Under the pieces are notes generated by a model. That model searched no databases. It was not told the DNA's origin and saw only the letters and a program-made list of their open reading frames with translations. This document shows positions 25,033 through 39,004 of a DNA stretch of 64,000 nt, piece after piece (the first letter of the stretch is position 1; each line of letters begins with the position of its first letter). Made by a program: the position numbers and the translations under genes. The stretch lies in the NCBI GenBank assembly GCA_951406725.2, contig OX597816.1, positions 9,052,001-9,116,000 on the forward strand, in the 5' to 3' direction. This DNA comes from Octopus vulgaris. Taxonomy: Eukaryota.

Positions 25033-28000
25033 TTAAAAAAAAAGTGCTGTGATGTGATCTTTTACACATTTTCTTAAAGAACAATTTTCTGTTATTTTCA
25101 ATCCCCACCCCACTGCTACCTGTTGGTAGGTCCTGATGCATCTCCACCCTTATCTATTTCTCTCTGTCCTCTCCTACAGGAGTAGCCAAGTATCTCCTTT
25201 GTATAAGGCATCTATCTTTATCCCTCTGTTGTACTCTAGTCACTTCCTGTAGTTCCATTCCCTCTCCCAGTTGAGAGGTCTTTGTCCTGCCAGTCACTTG
25301 GTGACTCTGCTGGTGTTGGTGCCACACAAAATAGCACCCAGTGCACTCTGCAAAGTGTTTAGTGTTAGGAAGGGCATCCATCTATAGAAAACATGCCAAT
25401 ACAGACAATTGGAGCCTGGTGCAGCTCTCTGACTTGCCAGCTCCTTTCGAACTGTTCAACCCATGCCAGCATGGAAGACAGATGTTAAATGATGATGAAG
25501 GACAATAGAAGTATATTAATTAACCCTTTCGTTACTGTATTTTGAGATGCTCTGTGTGTCTTTCAATTATTTTAAATATAACAAAGAATTTAGTAAAATA
25601 ACTCAGTTATCATTCAGCTAGTGTTAGGAACATAAATTGTGACTAAAGTTTGGTGGAAGATTTTAATTCAAAACTTATGAAAACAAGACATTTGTACTAC
25701 TGAGCCAGTTTCAGCCGAGTTGGTAACTGAACAATTCTCTCAACATATTCAATAACTACTGCAAATCCCCATTATTTCAAATTTCTTACACACTAAACAC
25801 TATCAGAATAGCACTTCACACTTTTCCATTATTATCATTATTGGCAGAATTGTTTGTGCATTGGACAAAAACCTTAGCAACATCTTTTTAATTTGTACAT
25901 ATAGGTGCAGGAGTGGCTGTATGGTAAGTAGCTTGCTTACCAACCACATGGTTCTGGGTTCAGTCCCACTGCATGGCACCTTGGGCAAGTGTCTTCTATA
26001 ACCTCATGCCAACCAAAGCCATGAGTGGATTTGGTAGACGGAAACTGAAAGAAGCCCATTGTATGTGTGTGTGTAAATGTGTGTTTGTTCCCCCCCAACC
26101 GATGTTGGTGTGTTTATGTCCCTGTAACTTAGTGGTTCAGTAAAAGACACCGATGGAATAAGTACTAGGCTTACAAAGAATAAGTCCTGGGGTCGATTTG
26201 CTTGACTAAAGGCAGTGCTCCAGCATAAGCCGCAGTCAAATGACTGAAACAAATAAAAGAATGTGTATACACTCCTATGTGTATATACATGTATATGTAC
26301 ATATGAATGTACATACCTATATGTACAAATGTGTGTATAAATATATTTATATATATACTTGTATACACTGCGAACTGAGATAATAGTCCATGATGACTTT
26401 TTAGATTTTCTAAATAACCGAGGGATTTTGAAGAAAATTTACATGATAGTACAGTACACTATTTTTGGTTTGTATACAAAATTGATCGTATGTAGCTGTC
26501 TTAGTTTCAATATTATTTAGCATACTTGTTTTGCAGGTGTACCGTGATATTAGTTCTATGACACAAATGAACCATTGGACAACAAAATGCATAAGATACT
26601 CACAGATGCTTTCATCATTGTTTAACGTCCATTTTCCATGCTGGCATGGGTTGGACAGTTCAACTGGGGTCTGGGAAGCTAGGATTTAATCTCACTGCTC
26701 TGAAAATCCAGGAATCACAATGGTAGAGAATCATCATTTAATGTCCATTGTCCATGCTGGCATGGGTCGGACTGTTTGACCAGAGTTGGCAAACTGGAAG
26801 GCTGCACTAGGCTCCAGTCTGATTTGGCATGTTTTCACGGCTTTCTAATGCCAACCACTCCAAGAGTGCAATGGGAAGGTGAGTGAAGTGAGAGAACAGA
26901 TGTTAATTCCATTAGTTAAGAGTGCTTTTGTAATCTATTTTAGTTATATAATCAACACTACATCATCTGTACACACATACACACACCCATCATCATCATT
27001 TAACGTCTGTTGTCCATGCTGGCATGGGTTGAATGGTTTAACAAGGGCTGGTACACCGGAGGACTACACTCCAGTCTGATTTGGCATGCTTTTCTACCGC
27101 TGGATGCTTTTCCTAATGCCAACCAAGAGTGTAATGAATGCTTTTATGTGCCACTGGCATGAGTGCCATTTGCATGACACCAGGGTGCATTTACATGTCA
27201 CTGGCATGAGTGCCATTTGTGTGACACTGGTATCTGCCACGACTGCGATTTTGCTCAGTTTGATGGGTCTTCTTCTCAAACACAACATAATGTCAAAGAC
27301 TACTCTTCAGAAAAGTTCATGGCAGGTTAAAACATCAACTCTGCTACAAATATTGTCCTTATACACTCACAGACAATAAACGTTACTGAAGATTACCATA
27401 TAGGGATTGTATTAAAGACAAACCAAATTCAAAAGAAGAATACAATAAAATTAAAATAAATAAACGGTGTAATATGAAAGGTAAGTTTACCATAAACATT
27501 TGCTTTCAAAAAATTTGGTTGATCATCCAATGAGAAAACTATAAGGTGAAAAGAAGAAAAAAAGAGAACAAGATAGAGAAATACATTAAATAAATGAATA
27601 TAATGAAAAGTAGAGAGAGAAGAAGAGAGATAAGGTTTGAAAACCTGGATTTTGCTTCAGTAGAGATATTTGAGTGTTTAGTAAAGAAAATGGCCTGAAT
27701 TTTTGGAAGTTCACATATGGTTGATTTCAAAGGACAGAAATGTCATTCCAAGTTTATTAATGACAACACTAACACACACACACACACACACAGAGGAATA
27801 TTCTCAGGTTCATATCATACATATACCTTCATATACACACATTCACACACCATATTGTGCATGTGTCTTTGTGTACATGTGTGTGTATACAGAGTAATCC
27901 TTCAGATTAACATAAAATTGGTTTTATTATAATTAGAAATATTGCATTTCTAAATCTCTCAGAGAGACTTATAAAGTAGCAGTACAATAAAGTGATGGTT

Positions 28001-28147
28001 TGTTGCCAACTTAATGTGACAGTCCCATGAAAGGGAAGAATGCTACTGTTATTTAGCCCAAGGAAACATAGTTTCCAGTTGACTACGTGACACAAGCGTT
28101 CTGTGTCCTTAAGTTTTCAAACAAGGGGGATAAGCAAAACCAGCATT

Positions 28148-28186
28148 CAGAGACTAGTTTCAGAGTTATTGCTCTTCATCAGTCTG
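28148..28186 (-). ncRNA. Minimal type I hammerhead ribozyme (Penelope pLTR type)
   Basis: Minus strand reads CAGA-CUGAUGA-AGAG-caauaa-CUCU-GAA-AC-ua-GU-C-UCUG: intact core, 4-bp stem I, 4-bp stem II, palindromic ACUAGU stem III and GUC cleavage triplet. Confidence 0.8.
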
Positions 28187-28295
28187 GAGTAGCTTGGCCT
28201 GCTAGCTGTCGATGCTTAGTGAATTTATTTCACTTGAAATTCTGCAAGTTTTCAAACAGCAATTAAACATTGACAGCTAACACGCCAAGCTACTT

Positions 28296-28334
28296 TAAAC
28301 TGATGAAGTGCAATAACTCTGAAACTAGTCTCTG
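28296..28334 (+). ncRNA. Second, partly decayed hammerhead copy in the opposite palindrome arm
   Basis: uaaa-CUGAUGA-AGUG-caauaa-CUCU-GAAAC-ua-GUC-ucug. Core intact, with mismatches in stems I and II. Confidence 0.6.
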
Positions 28335-28539
28335 AATGCTGGCTTTGCTGGGTGGAGGTGCTTATCTCCCCTGTTTGAAAACTTAAGGACACAGAACACT
28401 TGTGTCACGTAGCCAACTGGAAACAGTGTTTCCTTGGGCTAAATAGCAGTAGCATTCTTCCCTTTCCTGGGACTGTCACATTAGGTTTTTTTATAATTGA
28501 ACATAAAATTAAGCATTAATATGATAGCTCTGTTTCAAC

Positions 28540-31500
28540 ATGGTTGCTTTTGTTACATTAACTGAAAAATAGGAAAACATACAGCAACACCCAATACACT
28601 TCTCTGAAAAAACACACTGATACCAACCAAAAGACATTACCTGAAAATACTACTGCAACCCCACCAATAAAAAAAAACAAAGTTTTATCGAAAGACAGAA
28701 CAGTCTACCAACAATTATAGATTTAAGATGGTCAAATGTCCAGCTCCCACACTATTGCCACAACCCTTTGAAGATGACTGATTCACAATGATTAAAGGAA
28801 TAAAATCAAACAAACGAATCAACAAACTGCAGAAATAGCTGAAACAGAAAATTAACCACATAAAAACAAGCCCAGATATATTCAGACAAGACAAACAGCT
28901 TCTAACAGAAAAGTCAAACTTCTTGTAACTGCTTTTTTTCTAAAACAATCTCCAACACACACAAATGCAGTTTTAAATGATAGAAACACCACAGCCAAAG
29001 AAATAGCCACTAAACTTAAAATAGAAGACAGTAAACACACTAACACTAAAATGTCTGTAAATAACTATGGAAGACCACAAGCCCAACTTCAACAGCAATT
29101 GGACATAGGCATCATTAGTAAAAAGAAAAAAGACAAATTCATCACCATCATCATCTTCATCATTGTTTAACGTCCGCTTTCCATGCTTGCATGGGTTGGA
29201 CGGTTTGACTGAGATCTGGAGAGCCAGCGGCTGCACTAGGCTCCAATCTGATCTGACAATGTTTCTACAGCTGGATGCCCTTCCTAATGCCAACCATTCT
29301 GAGAGTGTAGTGGGTGCTTTTTATGTGCTGCTAGCGTAGGAACCAGTCAGGTGGGCCTGGCATCGATTGTGTTCAGATAGTGTTTTTTATGTGCCACTGG
29401 TGTTGGGGCCAGTCAGGGGGCACTGGCATCAACCATGTTCAGATGATGCATTTTACATGTACCACTGGCACAGGAGCCAGTTAGGGGGCACTGGCCACAG
29501 CTATGATTCTGCTTTTACTTGACCCAACAGGTCTTCTCAAGCATATTGTATCGCTCAACGCATCACCAAAAATACAAGCAAACTTGTCAGTTCCTCTTTG
29601 AAGTAACACATACAAAGTTTAACAAGATTCAACACAAAAATGAATGCCACTTCTTCCAGTTTGACTGGTTTATTACACATCAATAACAAAACCTATTCTT
29701 ATGGCTGCTTTGATTTACACAAAAACAATAACCACAACAAACAACACTGAAATAGAGAGAACATTACAAGCGAGGAAATTGCTCCTCTTCCACAACAAAT
29801 GCTTTCTGGATTAAGAAAAACACTAAAGAAACCATTTGATGTGTGCATGGGGTCAAAAGTCTTGGCAGAGGAAAGTAACATTATCAGCCTTTACATATTA
29901 GTAAACTTACCATCCGAGATGAACGAATTCCTGTTCATCACAGGTGGCCTATAAAGGTAGGATGGTTTACATCTACAAAGAAATTTTAACACATAAGAAA
30001 CATAAATTTAGGAAAGACCTACATTACTTTTGTAAAAACTTGGGTTTCTCCACTACAGTAGAAGCACAACTAAAATCAACCAACTTCCTGGATGCTACTC
30101 TTGACTTAATATAAACCCTGCAAGAAAGATAGACAAAAAAATTCAGTATATAGGCGTAGGAGTGGCTGTGTGGTAAGTAGTTTGTTTACCAACCACATGG
30201 TTCCGGGTTCAGTCCCACTGCATGGCACCTTGGGCAAGTGTCTTCTACTATAGACTCGGGTCGACCAAAGCCTTGTGAATGGATTTGGTAGATGGAAACT
30301 GAAAGAAGCCTGTCGTGTATATGTATATATATATGTGTGTGTATATGTTTGTGTGTGTGTTCCCCCAACATCGTTTGACAACCGATACTGGTGTTTACGT
30401 CGCCGTAACTTAGCAGTTCGGCAAAAGAGACCGATAGAATAAGTACTAGGCTTACAAAGAATAAGTCCTGGGGTCAATTTGCCTGACTAAAGGCGGTGCT
30501 CCAGCATGGCCACAGTGAAATGACTGAAACAAGTAAAAGAATATACATAGACAATACAATCATCTTAAAAACATTAAAAAAAAAACGAGTAAGGAATATA
30601 TCTCTAAGATTTTCTTCTTTATCTTCAAATGAAAGAATGCTAAATGAAATAGCAACTCTATATAATGGAGCTCTCAATAACAGCAGTTACCAGGAAAAAG
30701 TGTAAACAAACCTCCTGCATTCATCATCGTTTAACGTCTGCTTTCCATGCTAGCATGGGTTGTACGATTTGTCTGAGGTTTGGCAAATTAGATGGCTGCA
30801 CCAGACTCCAATCTGATCTGGTAGAGTTTCTACAGCTGGATGCCCTTCCTAACGCCAACCACTCCAAGAGTGTAGTGAGTGCTTTTATGTGCCGGCTGCA
30901 CAAGGGCCAGTCAGGCGGTACTGGCAACGGCCATGCTCAAATAGTGCTTTTTATGTGTCACCTGCACAGGAGTCAGTCCAGCGGCACTGGCAACGACCTC
31001 GCTCAAATGTTTTTTTTTTAATAAAAATGTAAAAATAGACAAAGGATAATTATCTGATTTAATCTCCCTTCAACATACAAGTCTCCACACCAATAGCTGA
31101 ATTATTTTTCAAAATACAGCAAAAACATTCCATCCCAACTACAAGCACAACTAACTAATAAACAAACAACATAAGATTGTCGTTTTCCATAACCAACAAC
31201 TTCGAAAGGACTGTAACCAATTACAACCACCAAAAATTGTCTGAAAGTGAAAACTTAAATCACACATAATAGCAATTACAATTTTAGAATATCTATATCC
31301 TGCCCTATAGAAGGAAACTGCCTCAAGCAGTATTGTCTATGGTGCAATGGTAAACATGAACACGACACCAACTACTATATCGACAGTTATAAGATCTACA
31401 GCAAACCAGTTCAATACACAACAATAACCAACACAAACAGAAAGAACGATACATCATTATCCAAACATATATGGACGTTTAAATAAAAATTACTTTCTTT

Positions 31501-31628
31501 AGCAGTAACTGGAAAATATTGTCATGCACAACAATACCAAGGTAACAATAAACCCTGCCAACTTTGTACCAACGAACCTACTGCATTCTTACATCCAAGA
31601 ACCAAATGCTGAACTGAAACTCCAAACT
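28540..31628 (+). mobile_element. Decayed Penelope-like retroelement (RT + GIY-YIG), interrupted by SINEs
   Basis: RT remnants at 29835-30110 (FDVCMGS, LYIL, GGL..DGL, NFLDATLDL). GIY-YIG remnants at 31300-31580 (CPIEGNCL, IVY, TSLSKHIW, WKILS, CQLC..E). Many stops and frameshifts. Confidence 0.8.
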
Positions 31629-32019
31629 AGCCTCTAAAACATTTCAAATCAATCATCATATTTAACGTCTGCTTTCCATGCTGGTATGGTTGGATGGTTT
31701 AACAGGAGCTGGTTAGGCAGGAGACTGCACCATGCTTTGGCATGATTTTTATGGCCGGATGCCCTTCCAAATACCAACCACTTTACAATGTGGACTGGAT
31801 GCTTTTTACGTGGCACCAGCACTTGTAGGATCACCAAATAACTCGCAAGGCAGAGTTTGAGAGAGGATGAAGAATTGAAGGTGATCTTGCGCTAGATGAT
31901 GAAAGGTAACAGAGAGACAGAAATAGGTGTCTTACTGTAGAGAAGACACCCAGTCAGAGAGAGAGATCAATTGGCATTTCTTTATGCAGTTGTCCTCATT
32001 CATACATATCATATGATCA

Positions 32020-34050
32020 TGTCAGTGCAGTCTTCTCCCTTGCACACACTATATCTGATTTAACATGCCCAGTCCATCTCATTTGAGCCAAGATAACATG
32101 TTCAATTGAGCTGGAATGTGCTATATGAAAAACCTCTGTATCTGGTATGAAACATTCCCACTTGATTCCTAAGATACGTCTGAGGCATTTTGATGAAATC
32201 TCTCCAGCATTTTTATGCGATGCTTGGAAGGGGTCCATGTCTCACTTAAATAAAGAAGTGCAGACAATACACACGCTTTATGGACACTGATTTTTGTCTG
32301 CAGGTAAATACCTCTCTCCACCCATACTCACTTTTCAAGCTTTCCAAAGGCAACACTTCTCTATTCAATAGTATATCTCTGCATCAAGACTACCATTTCT
32401 TGACAGTGTGCTTCCTAGGTAAACAAAGGTGTTAACGACATCTAACCCTGTTCCATTCACAAAATGTTTGTTCTGGTATAGGAGTAAACATTACTTTGGC
32501 TTTCCCTAAGTTAAATGTGGATCCGAAATGTACACATAGTGGAAAATCAGTCCATTAAATGTTGCATGTCCCCCTCTGAGTGTGCCAACAAAATCAGCAT
32601 CATCATCATAAAGTAATTCTCTAACAAGTATTTTGAAAGTCTTTGCTTTGCAGTTAAACCGGGTCAAATTAAAAATATGACCAGATGTCTGAAATCTGAT
32701 TCCGATTCCCCTGTTGCAATCCTTGAAAGCAATGCAGCAAAATTAAAAGAGAAAAGTGTAGGGGCAGGAGTATCTTCCTGTTTGACACTGTTGTCCACTG
32801 AAAATTCATGAGGTAGCTCACCATTAAAGACTACCTGAGCTTTCATGTTTCTGTGTAATTCCTTAAAAATGCTCACAAAATGTGTTGGACAACCAAGTTT
32901 TACACAAAACAATCTACAGAGCCTTCCTGTTTACCGTGTCAAATGCCTTAGTTAAATCTATGAAGACCTGATATAATGGCATTTTTTCCTCTAAGCATTT
33001 CTCTTGAACTTGCCTCACAGAAAGTATCATGTCCATTGTTTCTCGCTCAGGTCTGAGACCACATTGTTCTTCAGGAATTACATGTGGACAGACATTCTCA
33101 ACAAGACAATCTAACATGCTCCTTGAAAGTATCTTCCTGGTATGTGCCAGAAAAGTTATTCCTCTAGAATTACCACACTGCTTTTGGGCCCTTACCCTTA
33201 ATTAGAGAGATTGGAATGCTATTTATCCATTCCTGTGGCACAGAAGATTCATTCTAAACTCGAGTTATCAGGTTATGAATTTCAGATGAAATATGATCCC
33301 CACCTGCTTTCAGAATTTCAACTGGAATATCATCCAATCCAGGAGCTTTACCTGATCTCAGTTTGCATAATGCCAGATTTACTTCTTCTATGGAAGATGT
33401 ATCATCCATGTGTTGCATTCTCTCTCTTTGCGGAACGTTGTTTATAACGTCCATGTTCACTACAGACGGATTGTGGAAAAGATCTGCAAAGTATTCTCTC
33501 CATATATTCATTATTCAAGGAGGATCTTTAATAACCTCATTTCCTTCTTTCAACTTCAAGGGAACATATGATGAAGATTGCGATCCAAAAGCTTGCCACA
33601 ATAAACTATAGAAACTTTTAATGTCTTTCCTGTCATAGGCTGCCTGTTCTTCCTCAGACAAATTTCTCCACTAAGTGTCTTTAAGCCTCCTGAGTTCTTT
33701 TTGCAAGTCTGTTTTCTGAGACTTGTACAACTTTTCTAGTTGCACTTTGTTCTTAACGTTTGGGTCAAGAAGCTTTTCATGAGTGGATCTCTTTGTTGCT
33801 AAAAGCTCATTTATCACAGTATCATTGGAATCAAACCAATCTCACTGTTGTCTTCTTTTAAAACCTATTTTATATATTCCATCATGGAAAGATTGCCATG
33901 AACCTTCTAAATAAACATTGCTGCATCTCTTCTGAAACAACTGCAAAACTTGTGGTTGTTTTAACTGCTCTACATAAGTTTTCTTTGCTACTCGTACACC
34001 TGTACGACGAATCTTGTTATGGACCCTGAACTTGAACCTAACCATTTTGT
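32020..34050 (-). mobile_element. RTE-clade LINE fragment (decayed RT)
   Basis: GKAPGLDDIPVEILK, PEEQCGLRPERETMDMI..RQVQEKC, FIDLTKAFDTVNR, LLYDDD and CLRRILGIKW, in the order expected for RTE ORFs. Confidence 0.9.
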
Positions 34051-34057
34051 GATAAAA

Positions 34058-34112
<55 letters not shown>

Positions 34113-34794
34113 AGGATGAACATATCCTAGGGTCCGTGGGAAAACTCATTTAATAAAAGGGGTCCTTGGTAATGAAATGGTTAGGAACCGCTGCTCTGAA
34201 CCAAAGTTTCTCAATCGTTAAAATTTTTACAATAAATTGATTATACTTCTACAAGACACAACATATGTTAACAATTCCTTATAATAAATAAGTATAGAAA
34301 ATTAGTTTTATTTATTTAAACATAGAATGGCTTATGAGGAATCCATCGGAGTAAAATAGCAATCAAAAGAACCCACAGACAAAAACATGGTTGAGAACAG
34401 CTCAAACGATTATCTCCCTTATACTTGAAATACGAGTTATCTCCCTTTAAAACATCGTTATTAAATAATCGCAAACACGATTCTGGTTTCGATATATTTT
34501 ACTTAAATCTTGTTCAGTCAATGAAACCAGTAGCACAATGAAGTAAAAATCCTTTGAGTTTATCCTTAATCTCCAGACTGAAACCAGGGAAACAGAATAT
34601 TCAGTTTTCTTAAAATTTAATAGTTCCATTTTCTCTACAAATAGTGACGCACTTGTACTCCAGATATTGCGAGGACAAGCTTTTGCCGTCACTCTGAAGT
34701 TTCTAGTTTCTTTTAACATTATTTCAGTGATGTCTATGCTGAGAACGTTTTAGTGGCAGGAAAGGAAATGTGTATATTATGTTTTATAAGTAAA

Positions 34795-35681
34795 CTAGCA
34801 GTATCGCCCGGCGTTGCTCGGGTTTGTAAGGGAAATAACTATATAAGCATTTTTAGAGAGTTATAGCCAAAAAATAGCAAAAAATGCATTAAAAATAGAA
34901 TAAAAAATATGGTAAATTTTTTTAAAAATCGTTGACGCATCGTAGACATTATTAGAGAGTTACTTCCCTTATATAATGCATTAAAATGGAAAAAAATGAT
35001 GGTAAATTTTTTTTTAAATCGTAGACTCATCGTAGACGCGCGCTAATACCCAGAAGGGCTCGATATGAATCACGACTATAAGATACCCGAATTTGGTTAA
35101 ACTGCACCGCAAAATGTGAGAGTAGTTAGGAATCTAAATCGTAGGAGACAGACACACAACTTGACTTTTATATATAAAGACTAGCAGTATCGCCCGGCGT
35201 TGCTCGGGATTGTAAGGGAAATAACTATATAAGCATTTTTAGAGAGTTACTTCCCTTATAAATTCGGGCTTTCTTAGCCATTTCTGTTTTGGTGTCTTCA
35301 AGCCATGAAGTCGTTGTTCTAAAAGAACGCTGGTTGCCTTCACAACGCATTACGACGTTGATTTCTTTACACTCCCTTCCCCACAGCTTCACGAGGGAGG
35401 GAAGGGGAGAAGCAAACAGGTGCAGCTGTGAGCGTGGACGCCAACTCCGCCGCCATCGACGATGCATTTTATGCATTAAAATGGAATAAAAAATGATGTT
35501 AAATTATTTTTTAAATCGTAGACTCATCGTTGACGCGCGCTAATAGTCAGACAGGCTCGATATGAATCACGACTATAAGATAACCGAATTTGGTTAAACT
35601 GCACCGCAAAATGTGGGAGGAGTTAGGAATCTAAATCGAAGGGGACAGACACTCACACAACTAGAGTTTTATATATATAGA
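34795..35681 (-). mobile_element. Head-to-tail dimer of non-autonomous Helitrons (units 34795-35180 and 35181-35681)
   Basis: On the minus strand each unit starts TC and ends cccgagcaacgccggg(hairpin)-cgatactg-CTAG. Outer flanks give an A^T target with no TSD. Confidence 0.88.
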
Positions 35682-37369
35682 TATGATAATAAGAAAGGTA
35701 GAGATTGTATATCTGCAATGTATTGCTAACTTCTCTCTTTGGCTATTCAATATACAACAGCTGCCTTGTCTAATATGTTTATTTAACATAATTCCTGTCG
35801 TACAGAATAAAGGATTTCGAAACTTGTCTACGTTTCCCGTGAAACTCCATAAAAGAGAAAAAGTCAGTTTCTTTAGGCAAGGGAGGCTACTCTCAAAAGT
35901 TGAGACGAGTTGTTCACATTTGTATTTTTTATAAAGTAAAAAGATTTAATTCTCAGAAAACTAGGAATATTTTGTTTGTTCCAGCAAAATCAATTCAGTA
36001 AAGTTTACGCAATAATAATAAGCATGTGTTCCACGACAAGAAGATTCTAATGTTAGATTTCTAGTTTTCTTATCACATGAAATAAAATACTATTTCAACA
36101 TACGTTTTCCTATATTTTATTTTTTTCCTTGTAAATACTTTTAAACGCTGTTTTTCTTTTAGTTTGGAAATAAATCTTTAATGAACCAGGTGACATAAAC
36201 ACGGTTAAAAATAATTTGAATGATTTTAACCAGGCACAAGATCCCCTTATAAAGTAATGAATTAGCTAACTATTCCAGCAAATTTGAAGAAACCAAATTA
36301 AATACTAACAAAAATTTTAGCACAGAACCGTTTACAACAATCTTAATTTTTTCACTCCGAAATTAAAACAAATGAACTTCGAATTGAAACGATTGAATTT
36401 GAAGCTAAAGTATATGAATTGCACTTTAAAACAATTGAACTGTAATTATATGAACTTTAAATAATATAAACTTTTTTTTTTACACCAAATCAATGTAAAA
36501 TATATGAAAGTCAATTTAAAACAGAGTAACTTTTATTTAAAACAAAAGTTGCTGTAAAATACGAGATTAGAAATTTAAGGAATTAAATTTATTCCTAAGT
36601 AAATGGAAATGTGTGAACTTTAGCGCTGAAGTTACTAAATTTTCCCTAAATCTTCTAAGTTTACTCGATCAATTGAAATATATATGAATATACAGGATTA
36701 CTGGGTAAACTTTGAAGATTTGGCGATCATTTCTAGTAGTTCAAGCAACTTCATAGGAGTATCATCATTGCTCATGTTTATACACAGTGATAGTTCTTCC
36801 CTCTTTTAGTTAACCAAAAACCAATCAAGAAGTAGAGATGTTTTATGACATCTGTACCCATAGATTCAGGCGTAACTGTGTGCTAAGAAGCTTACCTCCC
36901 ATCCACGTGGTTGTGGGTTCAGTCCCATTGCGTGGCACCTTGGGCAAGTGTCTTCTACTATAGCCTTAGGCCTTGTGAGTAGATTTGGTAGACGGAAACT
37001 GAAAGAAGCCTATCGTATATATAGATACAGTTATTACTGGTGAAGGCCTGTTTATATGATTACTCTACGTTTCTCGCCATAAAGAATATCTTTAAGGCGT
37101 ATCATCAGATCCTAAGACATGTTGGCCTATATATACATGCATGCATTTGGTTGTTTTCGGATGCCTTTGTAATGGGAACTGGTTGCTTCTTTACACTTTT
37201 GGGGTGCAACACAATTTCCTTTCTTTTTGTTTCTAGAAACTACCAGTCGGTAACAAAACGCAACTTTAAAAATATATACGATTCTTTATTCTCTTATTCA
37301 CAAATGAAGCACGATGGTATACTGGTATCCACCTAGTTCAACACAGCAAGGCTGAATTCTAACGTTTGT

Positions 37370-37840
37370 AAGATTCTTACACCTTCCATAATAACAGGAT
37401 CGATGTCCTGCCACGCACTGTCGCATTTATCTAAATGCGAAGCACAGAAAATTATATTACAATCGTTCGTCTCATTATGGCATCGACGCGTGGAATACTT
37501 TTACTCGGAACATGCTTAACAACGAAATCGTACTGTGATAGAATCAAACTCCATCGCGGCTATTTCTTGCGAAGTATGTCGAGATACATCTAAGTCCCTG
37601 GCGAACACGGTTTATGTACTTATTAAAAACGGGGAAGGATTGTGTTATGGGATTCCCTTAGGCTTCCCGTCAATAAAAAGACTTAAGAGGCCTTGGGCCA
37701 ACAAGTTTTGAGATCTGACGATACGCCATGAAGCTAAACCCTTTACGGACGGGAAACTGGCCTTACTCTCTCCTCTACTTGTTTCAATAATTTGACTGCA
37801 GCAGTTGGCCTTATTTGGACATACGACAGTTTGACACAAT
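37370..37840 (-). mobile_element. Second, more deleted Gypsy pol fragment related to the adjacent element
   Basis: 37440-37630 aligns by eye with the RNase H/linker region at 40380-40590 (ggcatcgacgcgtggaatactttt...gaaatcgtactgtgatagaatcaaactcca). Confidence 0.7.
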
Positions 37841-38598
37841 AGTAACGATATGTATGTACGTCTATCCTCGTGCCATCGCTTGACAACCGACGCTGGGGTG
37901 TTTATGTCCCCTAAACTTAGCAGTTCAGCAAAAGAGACTGATTGAATAAGTATTAGGTTTACAAAGTATAAGTCCTGGGATGGTCGATTTTTTCGACTAA
38001 CATCCTTTAAGGCGGTGCTCCAGCATGGCCGCAGTCAAATGATCGAAGCAAGTAAAAAAGACAAAAGGAAAAATAAAAGAGACTATATTCTCCTCACCAT
38101 ACAACATAAGCACGAGTGTTGGATCAAGTAGAAGAGAGGCGACTATCACCAAGTAGAGCCAATACACACACACACACACACACACAAATATATGCTTGTT
38201 TTAGACTGTTCAAGTATTCTGTTGGTACATAAGAACACCAAATTGCCACATGTTTGAGTGGAGACAAACAAAAAAAGAAAAAGGGAAAATAACAAGGAGA
38301 AAGAAACAGAAAAGGAGAGTTAAAAGTAAAAATATGCTAGTTTTTTGTAATTCACACAAATGTACGTTCATACACACAAATATATATATAACATATACGT
38401 TTATAGACACACACACACTGTTGTGTTTCAAAATATATCGAATGTTCGTAACTTCAAGTTACACAGCTCACATCCGAGGGCCATGCTATACAGTTCCTCG
38501 CATCATCATCCACGTGCGAAGCGGTATCGCCTTTTTTTTGGCTGCCAAATCATTTCTTATCTCATGATTGCCATGTCGTTGTACGAAACTTCCCTTGA

Positions 38599-38638
<40 letters not shown>

Positions 38639-38639
38639 A

Positions 38640-38936
38640 TAATAATTGTGTACAGTGCTCAGGTGCACTACAACTCATCTAAAGTGTATATATAATCAGG
38701 TGTAGTTTCGGCGGATTTCGGAAAGCATGAGGGCCTTAAAGGATGCTGTGTCATGGCAGTCAACAACCGACGCAGGCAGTTTATTCCATGCTTCAGCAAC
38801 TCTGAGCGTGAAAAAATGTTTCCGAAAGTCACGGGAGCTGTGCTGCCCTCCGACTTTGTAGGCATGTCCACGTGTGTTAGACACATGGAGATCAAAAAGG
38901 TGTTCAGTGTTGTTGTTGGTGAGGTGAGTGATAACT

Positions 38937-38940
<4 letters not shown>
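38640..38940 (-). mobile_element. CR1/L2-type LINE 3' end inserted in the Gypsy 3' LTR
   Basis: NTRGHAYKV...RKHFFTLRVAEAWNKLPASVVD...FK is a typical CR1 ORF2 C-terminus. Flanked by microsatellites. Related tails (cagtgctcaggtgc) at about 9780, 51545 and 59255. Confidence 0.85.

Positions 38941-39004
<64 letters not shown>

Larger units (their letters stand above)
28008..28487. repeat. 480-bp fold-back palindrome, inferred inverted Penelope pseudo-LTR pair
   Basis: aacttaatgtgacagtccca... pairs with ...tgggactgtcacattaggtt. Arms are about 210-230 nt around a short spacer near 28220-28260. Confidence 0.9.

Noticed and set aside
27371-27538. Possible minus-strand exon (strong acceptor at 27539-27540, GTGAGT donor at 27370)
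   Set aside because: No convincing reading frame or partner exons. A non-coding exon cannot be excluded.
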